DNA of 64,000 bases from Azolla caroliniana (Eukaryota; Plantae; Polypodiophyta), in assembly GCA_043228905.1 (NCBI GenBank), contig JBHGNT010000015.1:10602001-10666000 (forward strand). The letters are read 5' to 3'. The translations under genes were made by a program, and so were the position numbers. How positions within the stretch are numbered: the first letter of the stretch is position 1; the number at the start of each line of letters is the position of its first letter. Below are positions 1 through 12,254 of this stretch, in pieces. The notes under the pieces are model-generated. The model searched no databases. It was not told the DNA's origin and saw nothing but the letters and a program-made list of their open reading frames with translations.

Positions 1-3000
1 TGACGAAGGTGAGTAGAGAGATCCATCTGGATCTTGCATAGCCTCTCCAAATGATCCTCGGCACGAGGGTTGGTAGGTAGCTCCGGAGTGTCGATCACCG
101 ACCAGCGAGGATGGAAACCGGTATAAGCGAAAAATGGGGAGACCCGAGTCGAGGAGTGAATAACATTATTATACGCAAACTCCGTAAAGTGGAGAATCTC
201 GGCCCAATCGTCCTGTTGATAACTCAGGAAACACCGGAGATATTGCTCCAACGTTTGGTTTGTTCGTTCCGTCTGCCCGTCAGTCTGAGGATGGTAGCCG
301 GAGGAGAGGTTGCAGGAGACCTTGAGCATCTTGAAGAGATGCTGCCAAAATTTGGAGACAAATTGCGGGCCTCGGTCATTGATAATACTGTCTGGGAGGC
401 CATGATGCCGAAATACCTCACGCATAACAAGAGCGACGGTTTCCTCGCTAGTGATGGCTTTAGTACACGGCACAAAATGTGCCATCTTCGTGTATCGATC
501 GACGACAGTTAGGATAGCATCGAACCCCTTCGAGACCGGCAGATCTGTGATAAAATCAAGACAAATAGACTGCCACGGCTTACTTGGAATCGGTAAGGGT
601 TCCAACAAGCCATATGGATGGTGTCGTGGCATCTTTGCTCGGCAGCAAGCATCACAGGTCCGAACTTAGTCGTCGACAAAACGGCGCATGTGGGGCCACC
701 AAAAAGATCGTTGCACTAGCTCCAACGTCTTAGTACTACCGAAATGTCCCGCCGTATGGGTGTCGTGACAATGTTGGACGATTTGAAGGCGACAAGAGCA
801 ATCGGGGACATATACGCGCTTTTTGAAGAATAACAAACCATCATGATATTCGAATTGTCGGTAGTCAATACCTGGTTGTTGAGACCGAGAACAGGATGCC
901 CGAGAAGTATCAATGTGCGCCAGGATGTCTTGAGCAAAACTATCCGTCTTCAAGGTTGCACGTATGTCATCGGTAATCCGTGAATCCATCGAGGTGTGAA
1001 AAATCTGCGTTGTGTGCAATCGTGTTGGTCCCAAGATTACTTGCTTTTGATTATCAAATGTTGTGTCACCAGGACGAGGTGCAAGATATGAACGCCGTGA
1101 TAGTGCATCTGCTTTTCCTTGCTGCTTCCCTGATCGATATGTGATTTTGAAGTCGAAACGCGTGAGGAATTGCGCCCACCGAGCTTGCCGTCGATTTAGT
1201 ACGCGAGCGTTCTGAAAATAAGCAAGATTTTTATGATCGCTAAAGACAATGACCTGATGTGGAGAGCCCTCTAAGAAATGCCGCCATTGTACAAATGAAT
1301 CCACGATGGCTAATAACTCCTTGTCATGTATTTCGTAGTTGATTTCTGCGACATCGAATTTGCGTGAATGGAAAGCCACCGGATGCAACTCTTCTTTATC
1401 GCCTTGTTGAGAAAGGATGCTACCGAGGGCGAAATCTGATGCGTTGGCCTCCATGATGAATGGTTTGCTTGTATCCACATGAGCTAGAATCGGTGCTGAT
1501 GTAAAGGCTTTCTTAAGATGCTGAAAAGCCATATTTGCTTCTATGGACCAAAGAAATGCTTGGCCCTTCTTCGTAAGTTGTGTGAGAGGTAAAATAATCT
1601 TCGAGTAATCCTGTATAAACTTACGGTAGAAGTTAGCAAAACCTAGAAAACATTGTACATCTCGTACCGACCGTGGAATTTGCCACTCTAGTACAGTTTG
1701 GATTTTAGCTGGATCCATGGCGATGCTCTCTAAGGAGATGACGTAGCCTAGAAATTCCACTTGCTTGCAGTCAAAGCTACATTTTTCTAGCTTGGCATAA
1801 AGACCATTCTCGCGGAGTTGCTTTAGTACTAATAGTACATGAGAATCGTGCTCTTCCTGGGTCTTCGAATAAATCAATAGATCATCCAGATAAATGATCA
1901 AACAGATATCCAAGAGATCTCTGAATATATCATTTGCCATGTGTTGGAAGACTGCAGGTGCATTGGTTAGGCCAAACGGCATAACAGTATACTCGAAAGG
2001 ACCATACCGCGTGCGAAAAGCGGTCTTCCACTCATCTCCCGGTCGGATCCGCACGAGGTTATACGCTCCTCGTAGGTCGATTTTAGTAAAAAACTTGGCA
2101 CCATTAACTCGCTCTAAAAGACTTGATATAAGAGGAAGTGCATACCTATTCCGGATGGTGACTTTATTCAATCCGCCGTAATCAACGACAAGACGAAGTG
2201 ACCCATCTTTCTTCTTCACAAAGAAGATGGGTGCACCGGCCGGAGATTTCGAATGGCGAATGAACCCGCTTGCCAAGTTCTCCTCTATGTAGGCTCGAAG
2301 GACTTCTAACTCGGTGGGTGACAAGTTGTAAATTGGTCCCCATGGTGGCTTGGTTCCTGGTTGTAAATCGATGGGACAGTCATAGGGACGGTGATGAGGA
2401 AGGGTACCGGCTTTTACCTTGTCAAATACATCGGCATAAGGATGATATTTTGCTGGAAGTTGTACTGAGGAGTCCTTCTTAATAGTGCTGGAAGGATGTA
2501 CTGATATTGCAAATAGGAACATGGCCTCCTTGGGTCCTTCTTCGCGTAGTTGATGGAGTGAAATGGTCGAAACTTGGTGAGTTAATTCTTGGGGTGGTCA
2601 ATGTCGGACTTCTCTTGTTCTCCAATCTATGGCTGGATTATGTAATTCAAACCAAGGTAATCCTAGGACAATGGGATGCTCTGGACTACTAATTATATTA
2701 AATGATATTACACACACAAAACTACCTAGGACAACTTGAATGGGTTCTGATTCTTCTACAATATTCCCGGAAGCAATGGGACGACCATCAATGACTACTA
2801 CAGATGCGGGACAAGGAAGTTTTCTTAAGGATATCTGAGAAGCTTGGGCAAAATTTCAATCCATGAAACAGGAATTAGCTCCGGAATCTAAAAGTGCTAG
2901 GACGGGTACTGGGGGAGTACTTTTAGTACTAACAATGACTTGGGCTAGGAACACATTGCTAACTTGCTTGGAAGGAATGGAACCACTAATGGGCTGTACA

Positions 3001-3017
3001 GATCTAGGGCTGCTGTC
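1..3017 (-). pseudogene. gypsy pol (protease-RT-RNase H-integrase), disrupted
   Basis: ALLDSGANSCF protease (~2860-2900); ORF 666-2522 with YLDD RT and RNase H 'NYEIHDKELLAIV'; integrase H2C2 'HDTHTAGH...FWWP'; in-frame stops. Confidence 0.93.
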
Positions 3018-3656
3018 TGTGAAAGTGTTTTTAGAATTCAAGGTATTGAAGTCTACAAGAATATAAGGTATAGTGCGTTCACATCCGGAGGGCAAGATCA
3101 CGAGCTAAGGTCTTGAGGATAAGTCAAACAAAAAGCAAGTCACGTGGAGAAAAGTAAAAGAAGAAAAAAGCGGGCACCAAAATACAGTCTACAACGAACG
3201 CCCATAACTCTCTCTTTTGACACCCAAATATCACGTGTAAATATGGGTTAGAAAGCTTATGACGAGAGCTATCCGTAGCTTTTTAAAACTCTAAATTTGG
3301 AGCATGGACGAGGGAGATATGACGATTAGAAGATCGTTGTGTCATAGCTAAGAATAGGAGATGGAACAGCTCTAAAAAAAGCGTGGAAAAGAAAGCAAGC
3401 GAAACTTATCTACTAGAGGAGAACTTCATATAAAGCAAGAAGAGTGAGGTGGTGAGGGAGAGCCTTTTTCTTGTGGTGTTTTTCTTGCCTATTCATGTAG
3501 TGTGTTTTTCTAGTGATCAATTCATCTTTGTAGGCTTGAGTTTATGTATCTTCTTTCTCTTGTTTCTATGATCATCACTCCTTATTAATATATCTTTGTA
3601 GATTTGGGTTTCTATATCTTCCTTCTCTCTCTTTTCTATCATCATCTCTCTTTTCA
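3018..3656 (+). mobile_element. solo LTR (family of the 28230-32296 element) inserted at the gag-pol junction
   Basis: TGTGAAAG...CTTTTCA, 5-bp TSD CTGTC (3013-3017, 3657-3661); nearly identical to reverse complement of 31658-32296. Confidence 0.93.
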
Positions 3657-3690
3657 CTGTCCAACCAAACGGCTCCTATTTTGGCTGGAC

Positions 3691-4848
3691 TCAATCGTTT
3701 AACTCTTCATCTAATTGACTAAGGATTTCAAATTTATTTGAGATACTTGGGCTATTAGTACTATGAATACTATCAAACACTCTATTAGTACTATTAATAC
3801 CATCAGACACTCCTAAGGGAAGAATTGACTCGGGTTTAGTACAAGCTACAATTTGATTTACCTGTCTTCTTGGCCTATGGGGACAATTGATTGCGATATG
3901 CCCTGGTCCACCGCAATAAAGACATAATCGATTTGCACGTCGTCGTTGCTTTTCTTCTTCCGATAACGGGCCGCGTCGACGCATGGTATCGATCTCCATC
4001 GGTGTCGAAGTATTTGCTTGAGGTATGTCTCGTGCAAACGGTCTAGCCGCGACTGCAGCGTAAGTGGGCTCCGGCCTAGCGCGTGGTATCTGTAATTGAC
4101 GTTCCGAACGCCATTCGAAAAGGCAGTTGTCACATCGGACTGGTCGACTGATTGCCTCCGTAAGAGACTTTGGTTCTTCGGGGAAGGTTAGAAGTAGATC
4201 TTTGACATCATTTTGCAGGCCATAGCGAAACTACTCCATTAGTGCTTGATCATCCCAGGGTATGTCGGAAGCGAGTAGGCGGAAATCCGCCGCGTAGGCA
4301 GAGGCTGGACGATCGCCTTGACGCAATCCCCGGATCTTGTTGATTGCCGTCCTGATGCTGTCGGTGTCTCCAAAGCAGGCTTTGAACTCACTAATAAAAT
4401 CTTCAAAGTTATTAAGCAAGGGCGATTGTTTTTCTAGAAGTGGAGCGAACCATGCTAAGGTTGAGCCGCTAAGCAACGTGCCTATTAAGCCGACTCGGGA
4501 TGCATCAGTGGGGTATCGGGAAGGATGCATTTGGAAGACTAATCGTACCTGATTAAGGAATCCCCTGAATTGCGATCGCGTTCCATCAAATTTCACAGGA
4601 AGTCCAATCTTCGGCTCTTTATGAAATCCTTGGGGACTTGATCCTTATTGTTGCAATGCCGCTTCAAGTTGTTGCACCCGTAACGCTAACTCCCCATGTT
4701 GTTGCTGCGTTTGTTGCTTTTCTAGAGCGATTTGTTGCAGATCCCCTATTAGCCGTTGGTTTTCTTGTTCCAGGGCAACAAACTTTTCTTTTAGGCACTG
4801 TAACTCAGAGAAAACGGATTGATATTCTTGGGCGCTAACAATAGCCAT
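3691..4848 (-). pseudogene. gypsy gag (coiled-coil N-terminus, capsid, CCHC knuckle), disrupted
   Basis: ORF pieces 4645-4848, 4231-4596 (KFDGTRSQFRGFLNQ) and 3691-3999 (CLYCGGPGHIAINC). Confidence 0.9.
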
Positions 4849-4921
4849 AGTAGAGGGAAAAGGGTAGGAGGATGAGGGAGAACGACAAGTAGGCTGGAGG
4901 AAAGAGAAAATTGGTTCAAAT

Positions 4922-5345
4922 TGTCAGGAATAGTACTAAAGCAGAGATGGAATTAGTACTAAGAAGAGCAGTACTATTAGTACTAAGAGGACGTGACTGC
5001 GTAAGATTCCCGAGAGAGAGGAAGTGAGAAGAGGAGAGGGAGAGTTAGGATGATGACAACAGCTCTTATATTATATGAAAGATAAGTACAAATTGGCTAA
5101 GAGGCTTAAGATTGGTGTTGAACCAATTTGGTTCAAAACAATGCCTTGTGCCTCCTTTTATAGTGTTTTTAGGAATAATCCCGAAGCTTCTAGAATGTTC
5201 CAGAGAGATCTGGAATATACATCAATTTTCTATGATAAAACATAAATGAAAATAATATCTTACAAATTACAATTCATAGTCTAATGGTAAGAGCTCGACC
5301 CATGTAGTATAAGGTCATGGGTTCGAGTCTTGCCATATCATGACA
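4922..5345 (-). repeat. 5' LTR of the chromovirus (TATAAAA at 5162-5156 on minus)
   Basis: TG...CA ends with TIR; homologous to 14044-14422 in opposite orientation. Confidence 0.85.
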
Positions 5346-6463
5346 ATGGATGTGGTAGTGATGATGGTTATGAAAATTACAAGAGGCAAAAGTGTATTGA
5401 TTCTACAAAAAATGAGAGAACATCATATGCTGATATTATTGGTGGGAAAGATGTTATTGGAGATGATTATGATATTGACAATCGTTGTGATTTTGTTAAG
5501 GCTTTGCTTTCCAATTTTATGGAAAAAAATGAGAAAGATGCTAAAGATTGTGTGGAGGAAGATGTTGTCGAGGTGGTGATGGAGACCAACTCTATGTTAG
5601 CAACTTTTGCCAGGTTCTATGATCATGGTGTTATTTTGTATTTCACTAGCAAACTTCCTTTGGTATCATGGATTAAGCATTGGTTGAATTCATTCATAAT
5701 GCCTAATTGTGTTGAGGATGTGTATGTGGGTCTAAGAGGTTTCTATGATGTAGTTTTTCGATCGTTAGAACACCGTACGACTTTGATGGCAAAGGTACCA
5801 ATATTTTTTTATAGAAGATTAGTGCATGTGATGGAATGGGTTCCGGTGGTGGATTATAAAGATTTATTAAAACAACAATGTCCAATTTGGGTGACCGTTG
5901 ATTGTAGTAACTTATTCTTTTGGGATTTACTATCGGGATTGATGTCCCAAATTGGTAAAGTTTTGGTTGCACCTCATGTTAATTCGTTGAACAAATGTAG
6001 ATTTTGCACGTTATGGGATACAAGCTGTAAACTTCCAGGATGGTCGAGTATCGATACATCTCGATTTGGTCGATTTCGTTTTAAGCTTCAATGGGAAACT
6101 TTTGCAGGACATTGTTTTAAATGTGGTAAATTGGGGCATTTTATGGCTGAATGCCAATATCATGGTGAACTATCCCTAGAAAATAATGTCAAAGGGAAAA
6201 ATAAGGAAGATGTTGAGAAGGATATTGTCTCAATGGTTGATATGGTCATGGATGAGGGAACATCTCATGGGTTAGAGCGAGATCCTAAAGTTCATGGTCA
6301 TGTTAGAGGTGTTGGGGAGGAGAATGGAGTATGTAATAATGATGGCCCAAATGTTGAAGATGGAGAGTGGCATCAAGTGGACCATAAGATAAAAGGGAAG
6401 GGTGTTGTTATACAAAGGGAAACAAAAATACTTATGGTACGACATTACCAAAAGATAATTTGA
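5346..6463 (+). pseudogene. LINE ORF1 with CCHC zinc knuckle
   Basis: 'CPIWV...IGKVL' and 'CFKCGKLGHFMAEC', typical of plant L1 ORF1. Confidence 0.8.
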
Positions 6464-6729
6464 GATTGAAGGAGGGGTTTAAGAAAAATCCTTGGCAGAA
6501 ACAAGTGCGAAATCAGAGATTGTCCAACCAATTACAATTCGATTCTTCAGGAAGAGTGGTACGACCTCAATTAAATCAATGACTTCGTTCTCGTGGAGCT
6601 AGAAAACAAAACCCTAATATTGGTGGAGGGGATGTAGTACACACAAATCCTTATGCAGCTCTTAAACAAGTAGTTAGTACATTCATGAATATACTTGCTC
6701 ATAAAGAGCAAGTTCTTACCAAAGGTGTT

Positions 6730-7304
6730 AAATGAAAGTGGTATCATGGAATGTGAGAGGGGCATCTTCTCCTCATAAGAAATATATATTATGGAAAACT
6801 TTATTTGATCAAGAATGGGATGTTTTATGTGCACTTGAACATAAGTGTCATGATTTTGCAGGATCTGTGTTACATTTGCATGGATATTCCGCATATTATG
6901 CAGGATAATTATCACATCATTACTCAGGGGTTGTCATGATTATTCATGATTCGTTTTGTCCACATATAGTCTATAATGATCCATATGGACGTTTTTTGGT
7001 GATGGAAGTCAAGTATTTTGAGGATTTGATATGGTTGGTAGGAATCTATGCACCCAATAATGCTAATCAACGCATTGAGTTATGGTCTTCAATGTATCCA
7101 CGGTTATTAGTGGGACGTGTTGGTTTATTAATGGGTGATTTTAATATGTGTGTTGATGCTTCACAATCTACTTCACGATTCTCATTCATGGATTCTCCCG
7201 AGCAAGTAGTTTGGGACAAATTGGCATCAGAGGTTTTGAAGTTGGATGTATGGAAATGGTTGCATCAAGATGAGGTTGGGTTTACATTTTAGTCTATGCA
7301 ATAC
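6730..7304 (+). pseudogene. LINE ORF2 endonuclease domain, 5' part
   Basis: SWNVRG (tcatggaatgtgagagg ~6744), 'GIYAPN', 'GDFN', 'GFTF'; continues as 'SRLDR...SDHFPI' after 12254. Confidence 0.85.
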
Positions 7305-10300
7305 TGAAAAGAAATGCGCAGAATACCGTTCGGCCACAACCGAGTAGTAAATCACTTGTTTAAGAATCAAACATAGAAATGGGAAGTGGAGAGTACACAA
7401 GAAAATAACACAAGATGTTTACGTGGAAAACCCGAATAGGGAAAAACCACGGGAGTCCACAGACTCCGAACTATCACGATGAAGAGAAAGGGGTACAATC
7501 AGAGACTCAGAGGCAACGACCTCGAGCTCTGTTTCTTCGCCAATGGCGGTTACAACAGAGTATCGCTATGTATCTCTCTCTCTCTCTCTCTCTATACAAC
7601 AGTTACAACAATATGACAACAACACAATCGCACACACAAAGTGATTGCCCTAAGTCATATTTATAGTTATACGAACTTAGGGCTATTTACAAATATAGCC
7701 TCAATGGGCTTATTCAAGACATATTTACAAATCTGTCTTCTCTTCCGGTTCTCCCAAGACTCCTTCAGTTTTCGGATCTCTTCTGGTTCTCTTCGGGTCC
7801 TCTTTCTTTATTCATCACTGGATCCCATCCGAAGAGACCAATTTCCCAACAATCTCCCCCTTCACTCCGGTATGGGATGTCTTGTAAGTCCAATCCGTTT
7901 CCGACATGCGTCTAGCTTGTCGGTTGTCAGCCCCTTGGTTAGCATATCCGACCCGTTCTCCTCCGTGTGGATCTTCGTTAGTACGAACTCTCGATCTTCA
8001 ACTCGCTCCCGGATCCAATGGTATTTGCGTTGGATGTGCTTCGTTCTGGAATGGTATGTCGCGTTCTTTGCAAGGTGGATGGCACTTTGACGGTCGCAGT
8101 AGAGCCAATATTCCTCTTGTCGGATCCCTAGGTCTCCGATGAAGTCCTTCATCCATAATATTTCCTTGCCAGCTTCCACGGTTGCCATGTACTCCGCCTC
8201 CGTGGTTGACAATGCAACCGTCTTCTGCAACCTCGACTACCACGAAACGACTCCCCCTGCATAGGTCATGACATATCCGGAAGTTGACCGGCTAGTGTCC
8301 ACATCCGCCGACATATCCGAATCGGTAAATCCTTCCACGAGGGGTTTACCGGAGCCGAATCGGAGGCACATACTCGAAGTGCCCTTCAAGTACCAGAGTA
8401 TCCATTTTACCGCATTCCAGTGCTCTTTTCCGGGGTTGGTCATGAACCGACTCACCACTCCGATTGCGTATCCAATATCCGGTTGAGTACACACCATTTC
8501 GTACATCAAGCTCTCGACCGCATAGGCATATGGAATTTTCGTCATATCCGCCTTCTTTGCTTTTGTCTTCGGTCTTTGCTTACCGGATAATCTGCAGTTT
8601 GTCGGGAGTGTCGATCCGATCGGTTTTGCTTCTAACATGTTAAACCGTTGAAGCACCTTTGTCACATACTTTTCCTGTGACAACCACAATTGCTTCTTCG
8701 ACCGGTCCCGAATGATGTGCATCCCCAGTATCTGTCTTGCCGGACCCAAGTCTTTCATTGAGAAGGTCCAGTTAAGGGCCTTCTTCAACATCCATATCTT
8801 GACTTGGTCTTGTCTGACAATCAACATGTCGTCCACGTACAGAAGCAATATCAGGAAATCTCCTTCATCAAATTTCTTCACAAACACGCAGTGATCAGCC
8901 TACGTCTTGTGGTACCCTTGATCAGTCATGAAGGAGTCAAACTTCCGGTACCATTGTCAGGGAGCTTGCTTCAGTCCGTATAAGCTCTTCTTCAGCCAGC
9001 ACACCAGGTGCTCCTTCCCTTTCTTCTCAAATCCTTCTGGTTGATGCATGTAGATCTCTTCTTCGAGGTCTCCTTGTAGGAATTCCGTCTTGACATCCAG
9101 TTGCTCTACCTCGAGGTCCATGCTTGCCGCTATGCCCAAGACCGTCCGGATGGATGTCATCTTTACTACCGGGGCAAAGATCTCATCGAAGTCCACTCCT
9201 TCCTTTTGGTGGAAGCCCTTCACCACGATTCGGGCCTTATACCTTGGTGGATTTCCGGTGTCTCCCAGTTTCAGCTTGTACACCCACTTGTTCCGGAGTG
9301 CCCTCTTTCCTTTCAGCAACTCCACTAATTCATATGTGTGGGTCTCATGTAAGGAATCCATCTCATCTTGCATGGCACTCAACCACTTACGATTGTGGGT
9401 GTCTCCCCTTGCTTCTTCAAAGCTTTTCGGCTCCCTCTCATCGGTTAGCAACACATGCTCTGCATTTGGAAATCTTCGAGGGGCTCTTCTCTCCCAGAGA
9501 GGATATCTCCGTCCTTGGTTTTTGACTACCGGTTCCTCTTTTTGTTCCAAATCCGAATCTGATTCGGGATCTTGTCCTTTCAGGTGTCTTCTTCTTCGGT
9601 CGGTTCGGTTTCCTGTCCGTATCGGGCCGGTTCGTCGAGTGTCATCCGGTTATTGGCTAACATCCGGTTTTCAATCGGGTATATCCTTTTGTCCTCAGGC
9701 CGGTTCTCAATGGATGATCTGGAGTTCATTACCTTCTTCTCTGACTCCCAGTCGGCAATGGTCATGTCTTCCATGAAGAATATGTCCAGACTCCGGAACA
9801 CCTTTCTGTCGATCAGATCCCACACCCGGTAACCAAACTTATCATCGCCGTATCCAAGGAATATGGATGGCCGGGACTTCGGATCCAACTTTGCTCTCTT
9901 GTCCTTCGCCACATGCACGTATGTGAGACACCCGAACACCTTCAGATGCCAGTAAGACACATCCTTACCGGTTCATACTTTCTGCGGTGAGTCTCTGCCC
10001 AAGGGTACTAAGGGTGATCTGTTTATCACATAGGTCGTCATTGTCATCACCTCAACCCAAAACGTCTTGGGTAACTTGGCATGTGCGAGCATGGTCCGAA
10101 CTCTCTCCATTATGGTCCGGTTCATCCTTTCGGCCAACCCGTTTAGTTCCGGCGTCTTCAGCACAGTGAATTCGAGTTGGATTCCCTTCGACCGGCAGTA
10201 CTCCTCGAACTGCCCTCGGTATTCTCCTCCGTTATTTGCTTGAACCGCTTTTAGCTTCCGGTTGGTTTCTCTTTCCATTCTCGCATGGAGCTCCTTGAAG

Positions 10301-12250
10301 ATGGATAACACTTGATCCTTTGTCGTCAACGGTGAGACCCACAGCTTCCAGATGTGGTCATCTATAAACGTCACGAAGTACTGCGATCTAGCATGTGACT
10401 TCGTGTCTACTTGACACACATCGGTATGCACCAGCTCCAGTGGTGCATTCCGTCTCATCGGTGGTCTTGACCGGAAGGAGGTTCGGTTTTGCTTGCCATC
10501 CAGGCAGTCGATGCACTTCTCAAGTTGCACGTCCTTCACTAGAATGAGGTTGTCTTCGGCAAGCCTCTTCATCCCCTTCTCACTCATGTGACAGAGTCTT
10601 TTGTGCCATAGCTCACCGACAGTGTTAGATGCTACGTTCACTTCATCCCGGCATATCCGGGCATGCATTAAGTACAGTGTGTTGACCTTCCGGGCTCGAG
10701 CCATTATTCCAGATGCTACCTGTGTAGTCTTCATCATCTAGCTGATCGGCTGATATCGAACCTCCGGAACGTGTTGGACATCCTTCAACAACAACTTGCA
10801 TCCGATTGATGTCGTCAGCAGCACATCTCCTATGTCGATAATTCGGCATGTCCCTTCATTCCCCATCCGGACATAGTTGTGCTCACCGGCTGTGTAGGAT
10901 GAGAAGCATTTCCGGTCCGGGGTAAGGTGGAACGACGCTTCGGAATCGACAGCCCACGTTGTTTTGTTGACAACAAGGTTCAACTCACTCTCCTCATTAA
11001 TGAGCATTAGTTCTTCTTCACTTGACGCGATCACCGTCGTTCCCTTCCGATCCGGGTCTTGCCGATCCGAACCGTTTCGGTCTGGTGACTTCTTCGAATC
11101 GGTACTGTCGGTTCCCTTGTCTTTCCGGAAATGTCGACAGTTCTTCTTGAAGTGCCCCGGCTTGCCACAATAGAAGCAAGTGGGCCTCCCCCTTAACAAC
11201 TAACGTCTCCCAGCTATCCGGGAGGGAACCGAGCAGGAGTAGAGCCAAGTACCTCATCGGCGAGAGGTACTTCCAACGAGGTTGCTTGGTGTATCAGCCC
11301 CTGGAAGGCATTCATGTGCTCCGCCATACTGGAGTCGTCTTGGTAGTGGAGCCTCACTAGCTTCCGAAATACCGAAACCCAATTAACGACTTTCTTGTTC
11401 TGGAACATGATGTCGATCTTCTCCCAGAGTTCATGAGCCTTGCACTCTTCATTGAAGTTGTTGTACAGGCTCATGTCGATGAAGCACCGGATGTATGTCG
11501 TCATCTTCATGTGCATCACCTCCCACACCGTGGCGTCGATCTTATCCAGTCTCTTGTCCCCGAACTGAACCGGCAACCAAAGATCTTTAACCACCAGCAT
11601 GTCCCTCATCTTCGACTTCCACACTAAGTAGTTGGAGCCGGTGAGCTTGAACATGCCGCCGTAAGATTCTTCCATTTTTTGTGTTGTTCACTCTGATACC
11701 ATATTGAAAAGAAATGCGCGGAATATCGTTCGGCCACAACCAAGTAGTAAATCACTTGTTTAAGAATCAAACACAGAAATGGGAAGTGGAGAGTACACAA
11801 AAAAATAACACAGGATGTTTACGTGGAAAATCGTAATAGGGAAAAACCACGAGAGCCCACAAACTCCGAACTATCACAATGAAGAGAAAGGGGTACAATC
11901 GAAGACTCAGAGGCAACGAACTCGAGCTCTGTTTCTTTGCACAATGGCGGTTACAACAGAGTATCGCTCTGTATCTCTCTCTCTCCCTCTCTCTCTATAC
12001 AACAGTTACAACAATATGACAACAACACAATCGCACACACAAAGTGATTGCCCTAAGTCATATTTATAGTTATATGAACTTAGGGCTATTTACAAATATA
12101 GCCTCAGTGGGCTTATTCAAGACATATTTCAAATCTGTCTTCTCTTCCGGTTCTCACCGGGTCTCCTCCAGTTTCCGGATCTCTTCCGGTTCTCACCAGT
12201 TCCTCTTTATTCATCACCAGATCCCATCTGGAGAGACCGATTTCCCAACA
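7305..12250 (-). mobile_element. Ty1/copia (Tnt1/Tork-like) element with paired LTRs, decayed
   Basis: LTRs 7305-7851 and 11705-12250; PBS TGGTATCAGAG (Met-i) 11701-11691; PPT GAAGGGGGAGAT ~7852-7863; 4-bp TSD ATAC. Confidence 0.95.
7862..11675 (-). pseudogene. copia gag-pol (gag, CCHC, PR, IN, RT, RNase H) with stops and frameshifts
   Basis: CFYCGKPGHFKKNC, WAVDSEAS, LWHKRLCH, NGLAERMNRT, YVDD, RTKHIQ; gag is internally deleted near 11195. Confidence 0.93.
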
Positions 12251-12254
12251 ATAC

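Larger units (their letters stand above)
1..5345 (-). mobile_element. Ty3/gypsy chromovirus (Tcn1/Tf1-sushi-like) LTR retrotransposon; 3' part runs off the window
   Basis: 5' LTR 4922-5345 with terminal inverted repeat TGTCA.GA...TC.TGACA; then gag, PR, RT, RNase H and integrase ORF pieces in gypsy order. Confidence 0.93.

Noticed and set aside
5270-5340. Functional tRNA gene
   Set aside because: No acceptor or anticodon stem; kept only as a tRNA-like promoter module.
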